From Nitrosospira multiformis ATCC 25196 (GTDB lineage: Bacteria > Pseudomonadota > Gammaproteobacteria > Burkholderiales > Nitrosomonadaceae), in assembly GCF_000196355.1 (NCBI RefSeq), contig NC_007614.1, forward strand, positions 780,001 through 812,000: 32,000 nucleotides of DNA. The letters run 5' to 3'. Every line of letters starts with the position of its first letter. The first letter of the stretch is position 1. A model generated the notes under the pieces. It ran no database searches and had not been told where the DNA came from. It saw only the letters and a program-made list of their open reading frames with translations. Both the position numbers and the translations under genes were made by a program. Positions 20,224-28,955 of the stretch are shown here, in pieces.

Positions 20224-20236
20224 GAGCGATTCGTAC

Positions 20237-20860
20237 ATGGCCCGAAAAACCAAGGAAAACGCGGAATTGACACGGCAGCGCATTGTAGATGCGGCGCGCC
20301 AGGTTTTTCTGGAGCGAGGCGTGGCCCGCAGCACCATGGAGCATATCGCGCGCGAGGCCGGCGTTACAAGAGGAGCGATTTACTGGCATTTCAACAATAA
20401 AATCGAGTTGATTCAGGCAATGCGGGAGCAGGTATTCCTGCCTCTCATCGATCGCATGGACGATACTTTGCTGGTTGAAGGCGTGGACGATCCTCTCGCC
20501 TGCATCGAAAATTTCCTGTGCGGCACGATCCAGGTTCTGATGGATAGTAAGGAGACCCGCCAGACATACGAAATCATGATGATCAAGTGCGAATACGTGG
20601 ATGAGTTCGCTATGGTCTTGCAGCAGATTTTATTCAATTGTGCCCATATTTCCGAGAAGCTGAAGCTGGTTTACGAACGCGCCAGGATGCAGCAATTACT
20701 GCATTCATCCCATGACCTCGTGCAACTGGCCATTGATACCCATCTGTTCTTTATCGGGTTGCTGCACATGTGGGTGAAGGATACGGAGGGAAATCAGTTC
20801 CGGCACCAGGCAATTGAACTGGTAGAGGCGCATATGAGACTGCGCCGCATTTCCCTCTGA
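20237..20860 (+). CDS. TetR/AcrR-family transcriptional repressor
   Basis: The start is set at the ATG at 20237 (MARKTKENAELTRQRIVDAARQVFLERGVARSTMEHIAREAGVTRGAIYWHFNNK), which is the canonical TetR N-terminal HTH. The ORF-track start at 20144 would run through the operator and promoter region and is unlikely. Confidence 0.85.
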   Translation: MARKTKENAELTRQRIVDAARQVFLERGVARSTMEHIAREAGVTRGAIYWHFNNKIELIQAMREQVFLPLIDRMDDTLLVEGVDDPLACIENFLCGTIQVLMDSKETRQTYEIMMIKCEYVDEFAMVLQQILFNCAHISEKLKLVYERARMQQLLHSSHDLVQLAIDTHLFFIGLLHMWVKDTEGNQFRHQAIELVEAHMRLRRISL

Positions 20861-20934
20861 GCGACTGTTCGCTATCCCTGAATCGGTTGGACTGAAGTCG
20901 TCTCGGTAGGTCCGATACGATACGAGGAGAACTC

Positions 20935-21024
20935 ATGGCGGAATTCCGCTCCTGCCATTCAAGTTGCTCCTGCTGTTTGTTTCAGCGCGGGCTGCTGTCA
21001 GTTCAACCCTATCCGTGCAAATGA
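20935..21024 (+). CDS. Candidate small ORF, 29 aa, Cys-rich (MAEFRSCHSSCSCCLFQRGLLSVQPYPCK)
   Basis: The ATG at 20935 lies 4 nt after a strong SD GAGGAGA (20924-20930). Stop TGA at 21022-21024. The peptide has five Cys and one His in 29 residues. It is below the ORF-track length cut-off, and no homology could be assessed. Confidence 0.2.
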   Translation: MAEFRSCHSSCSCCLFQRGLLSVQPYPCK

Positions 21025-21090
21025 TCAAATTCGCACGAGTGGCAGTATCCCTTGCCGATGATTTTCTTTTGATTCCTCCCGCCGTTGATT

Positions 21091-21117
21091 CCATCGATAC
21101 CGATTCGGTATCGATGG
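21091..21117. repeat. Perfect inverted repeat, 12-bp arms with a 3-nt spacer
   Basis: The sequence is CCATCGATACCG-ATT-CGGTATCGATGG with exact arms, extendable by one flanking T:A pair. No U-tract follows on either strand. It lies 44 bp upstream of IscR box 1. Confidence 0.6.
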
Positions 21118-21160
21118 AGGATTCATTTCCAGATTGTATATCTTCAAAAATGATGCCCAT

Positions 21161-21185
21161 ATAGTTGACTAAATCAATCAGGTAT
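21161..21185 (+). promoter_or_regulatory. IscR type-1 binding site, box 1
   Basis: ATAGTTGACTAAATCAATCAGGTAT matches 24/25 positions of the E. coli type-1 IscR consensus ATASYYGACTRWWWYAGTCRRSTAT, which I recall from memory. It covers the -35 and spacer of the iscR promoter. Confidence 0.65.
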
Positions 21186-21193
21186 CTTATAGT
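21165..21193 (+). promoter_or_regulatory. Sigma70 promoter of the iscR-suf operon
   Basis: The -35 is TTGACT (21165-21170), the spacer is exactly 17 bp, and the -10 is TATAGT (21188-21193). The predicted 5' UTR to the iscR ATG is about 90 nt. The iscR SD AGAGGAG lies 6 nt before the ATG. Confidence 0.55.
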
Positions 21194-21213
21194 TGACTAA
21201 ATCAGTCATCTAT
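21189..21213 (+). promoter_or_regulatory. IscR type-1 binding site, box 2
   Basis: ATAGTTGACTAAATCAGTCATCTAT matches 24/25 positions of the same consensus. Its first 16 nt are identical to box 1, with a 28-bp periodicity. It covers the -10 and the TSS. Confidence 0.65.
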
Positions 21214-21291
21214 TGAACTTCTGCTGACTGAGATATTTCTGAACCTATCTACTTAATCCGTGAAGCCATCGAGAGCAAAGAGGAGTTCATC

Positions 21292-21810
21292 ATGAGGCTA
21301 ACAACCAAAGGACGGTTTGCAGTAACGGCGTTGCTTGATCTTGCGCTGCAACGCCAGACGCGTCCTGTGACACTTGCGGAAATCAGTCAGCGCCAGCAGA
21401 TTTCGCTATCTTATCTTGAGCAATTGTTCGCCAAACTGCGTTCCCGAGGACTCGTCGATAGTGTAAGAGGCCCGGGTGGCGGCTATTGCCTTGCGAAAGA
21501 CATGGGGCAAGTGTCGGTTGCCGAGATCATTCTCGCGGTTGACGAACCTATCGATTCAACTCAGTGCAATGGAAAGGAGAATTGCCACAACGACAGGAAA
21601 TGCATGACGCATGACTTGTGGACAAAGCTCAACGAACTGATTTTCGACCACCTCGGCGCAGTTACGCTGAAACAACTGGTCGATGAGCAGAGGGAAAGAG
21701 AGGAAAGGCGGAAGGCAAGAGAGGCAGGGGTGGTGCAGATGCTGGATATGCGGAAGGCTGGGTCTGAAAAGGTCATACCCGATCGGAGCCGCACTGCAGT
21801 TTCTGCCTGA
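21292..21810 (+). CDS. iscR: Rrf2-family Fe-S cluster regulator IscR
   Basis: 172 aa. MRLTTKGRFAVTALLDLAL...ISLSYLEQLFAKLRSRGLVDSVRGPGGGY is collinear with E. coli IscR. The cluster ligands C-x5-C-x5-C-x2-H (CNGKENCHNDRKCMTH) are all present. Confidence 0.9.
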   Translation: MRLTTKGRFAVTALLDLALQRQTRPVTLAEISQRQQISLSYLEQLFAKLRSRGLVDSVRGPGGGYCLAKDMGQVSVAEIILAVDEPIDSTQCNGKENCHNDRKCMTHDLWTKLNELIFDHLGAVTLKQLVDEQREREERRKAREAGVVQMLDMRKAGSEKVIPDRSRTAVSA

Positions 21811-21872
21811 CTTCAATTCTGAATGCCGAACGCTTACTTTCGTTGTCATAATCGCATGATGGTAGACGGAGA

Positions 21873-22223
21873 ATGGCGATGTCAATAACACTGACTGAAA
21901 ACGCGGCAAAACAGATTCAGAAGCAGCTTGCGAAGCGGGGCAAGGGGTTGGCTCTGCGAGTCGGGGTCAAGAAGGTGGGGTGTTCCGGATTTGCCTATAC
22001 CTACGCTTATGCAGATGAGCTGCGCGAGAGTGATCGAATGTTCGAGTCCTGTAACGCTCATGTAGTGGTTGATGTCGACTTTCTGCCGTTTCTTGATGGT
22101 TCACGAATTGACTTTGTCAGAGAAGGACTGAACGAATCATTCAGGTTTGAGAATCCCAATGTGGATAATACCTGCGGTTGTGGTGAAAGCTTCAGTGTGA
22201 AAGAAGAGCCCGCCAAGGTCTAA
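21873..22223 (+). CDS. sufA: A-type Fe-S carrier (HesB/IscA/SufA family)
   Basis: 116 aa. The sequence LRVGVKKVGCSGFAY and the C-terminal CGCGESF supply the three conserved Cys. Given the SD ACGGAGA at 21866-21872, the second ATG at 21879 (MSITLTE) is the more likely start. Confidence 0.85.
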   Translation: MAMSITLTENAAKQIQKQLAKRGKGLALRVGVKKVGCSGFAYTYAYADELRESDRMFESCNAHVVVDVDFLPFLDGSRIDFVREGLNESFRFENPNVDNTCGCGESFSVKEEPAKV

Positions 22224-22336
22224 CCCCTGAAGTGGTGCCGGAAACCGGGATAACAGGAGCGGCAGTATTCGTAGCAAAGGAGTTGTCCTCTATTATTAAT
22301 TAAAAGAAAAGACATTCCGATATTGGAGCGAATCTA

Positions 22337-23773
22337 ATGAGTGCAGTACTACAGAATCTGGTCAATCAGCCATACAAACACGGTTTCGTTACCGAAATCG
22401 AGTCGGATGTCGCGCCAAAAGGCCTTAACGAAGATATTATCCGGCTCATTTCGACCAAGAAAAACGAACCTGCCTGGCTTCTCGACTTTAGGCTCAAAGC
22501 CTATCAACAATGGCTCAAGATGGAAGAGCCGAAATGGCCCAATGTCAAGTATCCGCGGATCGATTTTCAGGCGATCAGCTACTACGCCGCGCCCAAGCCG
22601 AAAAAGAAGCTCAGCAGCATGGACGAGGTCGATCCCGAGCTGCTTCGCACCTTCGAGAAACTGGGGGTGCCCATGCATGAGCGCGCGGCTTTGGCCGGCG
22701 TGGCGGTGGACGTGATTTTTGACAGCGTATCCGTGGCCACCACTTACAAGCAGAAGCTCGCGGAGGTCGGAATCATTTTCTGCTCCATTTCCGAAGCCGT
22801 GCATGCTTATCCCGAACTGGTGAAGCAGTATCTCGGTACAGTGGTGCCCGTAGGTGACAACTACTATGCGGCACTCAACTCAGCCGTTTTTACGGACGGC
22901 ACCTTCTGCTTCATCCCGAAGGGCGTCAAGTGCCCGATGGATCTGTCGACCTACTTCCGCATCAATACGGAAGAGTCGGGACAATTCGAGCGCACTCTGA
23001 TCGTTGCCGAGGAAGGGTCGTCCGTGTCGTATCTTGAAGGATGCACGGCCCCCCGGTTCGATACCAATCAATTGCATGCCGCCGTGGTCGAACTGATCGC
23101 GCTCGACAACGCCGATATCAAATATTCGACGGTGCAAAACTGGTATGCGGGCGATGAGAAGGGGGTGGGCGGCATATATAACTTCGTAACCAAGCGGGGT
23201 CTGGCGAAAGGCGCCAATTCGCGCATCTCGTGGACGCAGGTCGAAACGGGGTCCGCCATAACCTGGAAATATCCGTCCTGCATACTGCAGGGGGAAAATT
23301 CCGTGGGCGAATTTTATTCGGTAGCGGTAACTAACAACTATCAGCAGGCGGATACCGGCACCAAGATGATCCATATCGGGAAAAACACCCGCAGCACCAT
23401 CGTCAGCAAGGGTATTTCGGCCGGGCATTCCAATAACAGCTACCGCGGACTGGTCAGGATTGCTCCCACTGCCAGCGGCGCGCGCAATTATTCACAATGC
23501 GATTCGATGCTGATTGGAGACCAATGCGGAGCGCATACCTTTCCCTACATCCAGGTGCGTAACCAGAATGCCAAGGTCGAGCATGAGGCATCAACGTCAA
23601 AAATCGGCGAAGATCAATTGTTCTACTTTGCCCAGCGCGGCATCGGCAATGAGGAAGCGGTTTCCATGATTATCAACGGCTTCTGCAAAGATGTATTTCA
23701 GCAACTGCCGATGGAATTTGCGGTCGAAGCGACAAAACTGCTTGGATTCAAACTGGAGGGAAGTGTTGGATGA
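22337..23773 (+). CDS. sufB: Fe-S cluster assembly scaffold SufB
   Basis: 478 aa. YKHGF...[16 protein letters not shown], the beta-helix core and the C-terminal EATKLL..LEGSVG are typical of SufB. Confidence 0.95.
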   Translation: MSAVLQNLVNQPYKHGFVTEIESDVAPKGLNEDIIRLISTKKNEPAWLLDFRLKAYQQWLKMEEPKWPNVKYPRIDFQAISYYAAPKPKKKLSSMDEVDPELLRTFEKLGVPMHERAALAGVAVDVIFDSVSVATTYKQKLAEVGIIFCSISEAVHAYPELVKQYLGTVVPVGDNYYAALNSAVFTDGTFCFIPKGVKCPMDLSTYFRINTEESGQFERTLIVAEEGSSVSYLEGCTAPRFDTNQLHAAVVELIALDNADIKYSTVQNWYAGDEKGVGGIYNFVTKRGLAKGANSRISWTQVETGSAITWKYPSCILQGENSVGEFYSVAVTNNYQQADTGTKMIHIGKNTRSTIVSKGISAGHSNNSYRGLVRIAPTASGARNYSQCDSMLIGDQCGAHTFPYIQVRNQNAKVEHEASTSKIGEDQLFYFAQRGIGNEEAVSMIINGFCKDVFQQLPMEFAVEATKLLGFKLEGSVG

Positions 23774-24558
23774 TTCATCAGGACAGCAAAACGATTCTGG
23801 AAGTAAGCGGACTGCGAGCGGCAGTCGAGGGCGTAGAGATACTCAAGGGCGTTGACCTCGTCGTTAAAAGAGGTGAGGTGCATGCCATCATGGGAACGAA
23901 CGGCTCAGGCAAGAGCACTTTCGCCAAGGTGCTTGCCGGTCACAGCGCCTATCAGGTTACCGGAGGATCGGTGTTGTTTGAAGGCCGGAATCTGTTCGAT
24001 TTAGAACCGGAAGAACGGGCGCGTGCAGGTGTATTTCTTGCCTTTCAGTATCCGATCGAGATACCCGGTGTTTCCAACAGTCATTTCCTGCGCCTTGCCT
24101 ACAATACCCTGCAATCGCAGCGTGGAAAGGACGAACTCGATCCCCTGGAATTCGAGGATTTCGTGCGCGAGAAAATGAAATTGCTGGAGATGAATCCCAA
24201 TTTCCTGGATCGCGGCGTCAACGAAGGTTTTTCGGGTGGCGAGAAGAAGCGCAACGAGATATTGCAGATGGCGCTGCTGGAACCACGACTGGCTATCCTG
24301 GATGAGACGGATTCCGGTCTCGACATCGATGCCCTGCGAATCGTTACCAATGGGGTAAACAAACTTGCAACCAAGGACAATGCAATCATTCTGGTAACCC
24401 ATTATCAGCGCATGCTCAACTATATCGAACCGGATTACGTGCATGTAATGCGCAGCGGACGCATCGTTAAAACAGGCGGCAAAGAGCTGGCGCTCGATCT
24501 CGAAACGCGAGGTTACGACTGGGTAGGGGTTGAGCGACGTGTTTCGGCAAGCGCATGA
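23770..24558 (+). CDS. sufC: Fe-S cluster assembly ATPase SufC
   Basis: 262 aa. Walker A is GTNGSGKST, the signature is [14 protein letters not shown], and Walker B is [12 protein letters not shown]. There is an ATGA overlap with sufB. Confidence 0.95.
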   Translation: MIHQDSKTILEVSGLRAAVEGVEILKGVDLVVKRGEVHAIMGTNGSGKSTFAKVLAGHSAYQVTGGSVLFEGRNLFDLEPEERARAGVFLAFQYPIEIPGVSNSHFLRLAYNTLQSQRGKDELDPLEFEDFVREKMKLLEMNPNFLDRGVNEGFSGGEKKRNEILQMALLEPRLAILDETDSGLDIDALRIVTNGVNKLATKDNAIILVTHYQRMLNYIEPDYVHVMRSGRIVKTGGKELALDLETRGYDWVGVERRVSASA

Positions 24559-25877
24559 GCATGAGTCTCGTGAATAGCAACAGTTATCTCGAAAGCCTGC
24601 TTCAGGGACAACCGCGGCTGCCGCCCAGTCCTCTCGCCTGGTTTAACCAGCTGCGGGCAAATGCAGTCGATCATGCGGGAAGGCTGAAACTGCCCACAAC
24701 ACGTGATGAGGAGTGGCGTTTTACTGACCTTTCGCCACTCGTTCGCCACTCGTTCCAGCCTGCTCGTGCTGCACCGGCGTTGCAGACCGCTGATGTCGAG
24801 CATTTTTCCCTCACGGAAGCTGCTATCAGGCTCGTATTTGTCGACGGCAAATACATGCCGCAACTTTCTACACCGGCAGAACGTCTCGGAAACCGCGGCT
24901 TGATCGTCACCAATCTGTCATCAGCGATAACAGCGAATGCAGAGGCAATAGAGCCCCATCTGGGTCAGTATGCGCGATTCGAAGGTAACCTGTTCGCGGC
25001 ACTCAATACCGCATTCCTGCACGACGGGGCGTTGGTCATCGTACCGCGGGGCGCAGTGATCGACACCCCTGTGCACGTGTTGCTCGTGACAACGCAACCG
25101 GAAGTGGCAAGCCATCCGCGCTGTCTTTTCATCGCTGAAGCGGGAAGCGAGGTTACCATTCTCGAGGATTACGTCAGCCTGAATGAGGCAATCTATGTGA
25201 CCAATGCGGTGACCGAGATCGCCGTGGGAGATAATGCCCAGATCAGTCACATCCGGGTACAGCGCGACAGTACCGAAGCATTTCATATCGGGAATTGTGC
25301 TGTTTCGCTTGCGCATGCCAGCCGCTACCGTTCTGTTAGCGTAGCGCTCGGGGCCCGGATTTCACGTTACGATCTGAATACAGCGCTCGCTGCCGAGGGC
25401 GCTGAGTGCGTTATCGACGGACTGGCATTGATCAATGGTCGGCAGCTGGCCGATACACACAGTTCCATAGATCATGCCCGACCAAATTGTACCAGCCGTC
25501 AATTGCATAAATGCATCGCTGACGGCAGCGCCCACGCCGTGTTCAACGGCAAGATCATGGTTCGTCCGGGGGCCCAGAATACGGATTCCGCGCAATCCAG
25601 CCGTAACCTCCTGTTGAATGCGAAGGCGCGTATCGATACCAAGCCGCAGCTCGAAATTTTTGCGGATGACGTGAAGTGTGCACATGGAGCGACGGTGGGT
25701 CAACTCGATAGCGAGGAGTTGTTTTATCTCAAGAGCCGCGGCCTGTCCGAAGTTGCGGCGCGAAATCTGCTGACTTATGCGTTTGGTGCGGAGATCATTG
25801 ATCGTATTCCTATCGCATCGCTCAAATACCGGCTTGAACGGACAGTGCTGGAACAAACCAAAAAAACTGAGCCATGA
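24555..25877 (+). CDS. sufD: Fe-S cluster assembly protein SufD
   Basis: 440 aa. It is a paralogue of the SufB beta-helix domain ([29 protein letters not shown]). There are 4-nt overlaps on both sides. Confidence 0.9.
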   Translation: MSMSLVNSNSYLESLLQGQPRLPPSPLAWFNQLRANAVDHAGRLKLPTTRDEEWRFTDLSPLVRHSFQPARAAPALQTADVEHFSLTEAAIRLVFVDGKYMPQLSTPAERLGNRGLIVTNLSSAITANAEAIEPHLGQYARFEGNLFAALNTAFLHDGALVIVPRGAVIDTPVHVLLVTTQPEVASHPRCLFIAEAGSEVTILEDYVSLNEAIYVTNAVTEIAVGDNAQISHIRVQRDSTEAFHIGNCAVSLAHASRYRSVSVALGARISRYDLNTALAAEGAECVIDGLALINGRQLADTHSSIDHARPNCTSRQLHKCIADGSAHAVFNGKIMVRPGAQNTDSAQSSRNLLLNAKARIDTKPQLEIFADDVKCAHGATVGQLDSEELFYLKSRGLSEVAARNLLTYAFGAEIIDRIPIASLKYRLERTVLEQTKKTEP

Positions 25878-27133
25878 AAATCATAGATTCCACGCTGCAA
25901 CCTCAGATTGATTCGACGCTCGACGTCGCACGTGTGCGTGCCGATTTTCCGATTCTGGAGCTTCAGGTCGAAGGAAAGCCGCTGGTCTACCTCGATAATG
26001 CAGCCTCCAGCCAGATGCCGCAGCCCGTGATCGATCGCCTGGTGCGTTACCAGACAAGGCAGCACGCAAATATCAATCGGGGTGTGCATTATTTATCCGA
26101 AACTGCCACGGCAGAATATGAGGCGGCGCGCTGTAAATTGCAGCGCTTCATCAATGCGCGTGAAGACAGGGAGGTCATCTTTACCAGCGGGACGACAGAT
26201 TCCATCAACCTTGTGATGCACGGGTATGGACGCAAATTCATCGGCGCGGGTGATGAAATCATCCTGACTACCTTGGAGCATCATTCGAATATCGTTCCAT
26301 GGCAGATGCTGGCGGAAGAAAAAGGGGCAAGGATACGTGTCGTGCCGATCAACGACGCCGGTGAACTTCTCATCGATGATTATGAGAAGCTTTTCAACGA
26401 GCGTACGAAGTTCGTGGGTGTGATGCACGTATCGAATGCTTTGGGGACGATCAACCCGGTCAGGGAAATGATCGCCTTCGCGCATGCCCGCGGTGTTCCG
26501 GTGCTGGTGGATGGCGCGCAGGCTGCGCCGCATATGAAAGTGGATGTCCAGGAGCTCGACTGCGATTTCTATGCATTTTCGGGACACAAAATGTGTGGCC
26601 CGACAGGCATTGGTATTCTGTACGGAAAAGCGGAACTCCTGGAGCGCATGCAGCCGTTCAAAGGCGGCGGCGACATGATTCTATCGGTGACATTCGAAAG
26701 AACCACCTACAATTCCATTCCACACAAATTCGAAGCAGGAACTCCGCCCATTGCAGCCGCTATCGGGCTTGGCGCTGCCGTCGATTATTTATCGAATGTC
26801 GGCATCAATGCCATCGCCGCGTACGAGATTGAGCTGCTCAATTACGCAACCGAACAGATACTCCAGATACCCGGAGTGCGCATCATAGGCACAGCAGCGA
26901 AAAAAACCGCGGTGCTGTCTTTCGAGGTGGCGGGTGTGCATCCGCACGATGTCGGTACGCTTTTGAATCAGGAAGGCGTTGCCGTTCGTACCGGCCATCA
27001 CTGCGTGCAACCCGTGATGTTGCGCCTCAAGGTGCCTGCCACTACACGCGCTTCATTTGCGTTTTATAATACAATGGCTGAGGTAGATACTTTCATCGCT
27101 GGCATTCGTACTGTGCAAAAGATATTTATTTAA
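25874..27133 (+). CDS. sufS: Cysteine desulfurase SufS (class V aminotransferase, group II)
   Basis: 419 aa. The PLP lysine lies in FYAFSGHKMCGPTGIG and the catalytic Cys in RTGHHCVQP. The N-terminus DFPIL...VYLDNAASSQ is typical. Confidence 0.95.
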   Translation: MKIIDSTLQPQIDSTLDVARVRADFPILELQVEGKPLVYLDNAASSQMPQPVIDRLVRYQTRQHANINRGVHYLSETATAEYEAARCKLQRFINAREDREVIFTSGTTDSINLVMHGYGRKFIGAGDEIILTTLEHHSNIVPWQMLAEEKGARIRVVPINDAGELLIDDYEKLFNERTKFVGVMHVSNALGTINPVREMIAFAHARGVPVLVDGAQAAPHMKVDVQELDCDFYAFSGHKMCGPTGIGILYGKAELLERMQPFKGGGDMILSVTFERTTYNSIPHKFEAGTPPIAAAIGLGAAVDYLSNVGINAIAAYEIELLNYATEQILQIPGVRIIGTAAKKTAVLSFEVAGVHPHDVGTLLNQEGVAVRTGHHCVQPVMLRLKVPATTRASFAFYNTMAEVDTFIAGIRTVQKIFI

Positions 27134-27615
27134 TGACTACCAAATCTCTTTATCAAGAAGTCATTCTCGACCACAACAGGAAACCCCGCAATTACGGCAA
27201 GCTGGACAAGGCAAGCCATCATGCGGTCGGGCACAATCCGCTGTGTGGCGATCATCTCGATATCGATCTGAACGTTGAAGGGAAACATATCGAAGGCATT
27301 GCGTTCCACGGCGAGTCGTGTGCGATCTGCAAGGCGTCTGCATCCATGATGACCACCGTTGTAAAAGGCAAAAGCCTTGGAGACGCAGAGATGCTGATCA
27401 AGGAATTCCGTGACATGGCTACGGGCGCCCTCGATCTTGCCCACCCTCACCATCTGGGAAGGCTTACCGTATTTGCCGGCGTACGTGACTTGCCCACCCG
27501 CGTCAAATGCGCGATTCTTCCATGGCACACGCTTCACGCAGCGCTCAATTCCGTCAGCACCACCTCAACCGAAGCAGAGGATGATCCCATGCATGCCGCA
27601 ATAGGGGATGCCTGA
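27133..27615 (+). CDS. sufU: SufU-type (NifU N-terminal/IscU-like, SUF-associated) sulfur acceptor
   Basis: 160 aa. YQEVILDHNRKPRNYG, NPLCGD, GESCAICKAS and RVKCAILPW supply the three Cys. There is no LPPVK motif. A TAATG junction links it to sufS. Confidence 0.8.
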   Translation: MTTKSLYQEVILDHNRKPRNYGKLDKASHHAVGHNPLCGDHLDIDLNVEGKHIEGIAFHGESCAICKASASMMTTVVKGKSLGDAEMLIKEFRDMATGALDLAHPHHLGRLTVFAGVRDLPTRVKCAILPWHTLHAALNSVSTTSTEAEDDPMHAAIGDA

Positions 27616-27637
27616 GCTTTTCGTCAAGGTACCAAAA

Positions 27638-28198
27638 ATGCCGAAGATTGTTGAAATAGAGGGAACCCCCAATCGAAATGCATTGAAATTCATCCTCAAG
27701 GAGCCGCTGACCTGGGGGGTAACACGTTCGTATGATAATGCCGAGCAGGCGAAAGGCGACCCGCTTGCCGAAGCGCTGTTTGACATCGATCATGTCACCA
27801 ATGTGTTTTATGTAGATCGGTGGATCACAGTGACCCAGGATGGCGCGGCTGACTGGCAAGACCTGGCACGCGAAGTAGCAGATCCTATTCGCGCCGCGCC
27901 GGCGGCGGATGCCCAGACAGCCGCTACAATTGCAGCTGCGGGTGCGGAAATTGCAAATTTAAGCCCTGAGGACCAGCAGCGGCTTAATTTGATCAACGAA
28001 ATGCTCGACGAGGAGATTCGCCCCTACCTTCAGAGCGATGGAGGCGATCTCCATGTACTTGGCCTTGAAGGCAACAGGCTGAGTGTTCACTACCAGGGTG
28101 CTTGCGGCACCTGTCCGAGCTCGATTACCGGTACTCTGCGCGGCATTCAGAACATGCTGAGGTCGATAGAGCCCGACCTGGAAGTTGTTGCGGTCTGA
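27638..28198 (+). CDS. Nfu-type Fe-S carrier (Nfu_N domain + NifU C-terminal CxxC domain)
   Basis: MPKIVEIEGTPNRNALKF is a typical Nfu_N start, and the C-terminal HYQGACGTCPSS is the CxxC motif. An upstream in-frame ATG at 27608 (the ORF-track start, overlapping sufU by 8 nt) cannot be excluded. Confidence 0.8.
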   Translation: MPKIVEIEGTPNRNALKFILKEPLTWGVTRSYDNAEQAKGDPLAEALFDIDHVTNVFYVDRWITVTQDGAADWQDLAREVADPIRAAPAADAQTAATIAAAGAEIANLSPEDQQRLNLINEMLDEEIRPYLQSDGGDLHVLGLEGNRLSVHYQGACGTCPSSITGTLRGIQNMLRSIEPDLEVVAV

Positions 28199-28440
28199 TA
28201 TATCTGCCGCGGCATAATCCGGTGCGCCCCGCGACCCCTACGGACGGATGCCACTGTAATCAACCTTCCGGGAAGGGAGGCTTTTTCACTTCTCGAGTCT
28301 TTTGGCGGATGTTCATGTTCCTGGCGTCCGGTTAGTGAGCTGTTGTCCGCTTCAATATATTTCAGTATATAGTAGCTGCTTTTTGCACAGCGCTTAGTCC
28401 GCACAACTGAACGCATGTGCTGTTTCCGTTCGAAAAGCGT

Positions 28441-28854
28441 ATGCTCTGGGTAAAATCTTTTCACATCGTCTTCGTGGTGGCCTGGTTCGCCGGGCTTTTT
28501 TATTTGCCACGGCTCTTTGTCTATCATGCCCTGACCACGGATTCTGCCGGCATAGAGCGCTTCAAGGTCATGGAAAGAAAGCTCTACTATGGAATCATGA
28601 CTCCGAGCGCGGTGGTGGCGGTCATCCTGGGGCTGTGGCTCTGGCTGGGCTATGGCATTACTGGAGCCTGGTTGCATGCGAAGCTCGCCCTGGTGGTATT
28701 GCTGATTGCGTATCACGGATACTGCGGCAGACTGGTGGCCGATTTCAAACGCGACCGCAACCGGCATGGCCATGTTTATTACCGCTGGTTCAATGAAGTC
28801 CCGGTACTCATCTTGATCGCTGTCGTGATACTCGTGGTGGTGAAACCGTGGTGA
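28441..28854 (+). CDS. hemJ: Protoporphyrinogen IX oxidase HemJ (UPF0093/CopD-like membrane protein)
   Basis: MLWVKSFHIVFVVAWFAGLFYLPRLFVYHA is the hallmark HemJ N-terminus. There are four hydrophobic segments. The ATG at 28441 is preferred over the ORF-track GTG at 28417. Confidence 0.8.
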   Translation: MLWVKSFHIVFVVAWFAGLFYLPRLFVYHALTTDSAGIERFKVMERKLYYGIMTPSAVVAVILGLWLWLGYGITGAWLHAKLALVVLLIAYHGYCGRLVADFKRDRNRHGHVYYRWFNEVPVLILIAVVILVVVKPW

Positions 28855-28955
28855 GCAAAGCTTAGTGATAAGTTGTCTGGGTTATCCAAAAGAACCGCCT
28901 GCACGCTGTTTAGCGAAGCTTTCAGGCAGATCGCACCTCCTTTCCCATCGCAATA

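Noticed and set aside
20933-21164. ORF-track entries of 75 aa (minus) and 66 aa (plus) lie in the tetR-iscR spacer.
   Set aside because: Neither has an SD. The plus one needs a non-ATG start, and the minus one would start inside the iscR promoter and IscR box. The shorter SD-preceded Cys-rich frame is the only candidate I kept, and that at low confidence.
28264-28286. A possible terminator after the suf operon (CCTTC-CGG-GAAGG, then GAGGC and TTTTT).
   Set aside because: The stem is only 5 bp and the T-run is separated from it by 5 nt. This is too weak to annotate, so suf-hemJ read-through cannot be excluded.
28147-28773. A 208-aa minus-strand ORF overlaps hemJ and the nfu-hemJ spacer.
   Set aside because: The plus-strand HemJ signature (WFAGLFYLPRLFVYH) is unambiguous. 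The antisense ORF is charged and low-complexity with no SD.
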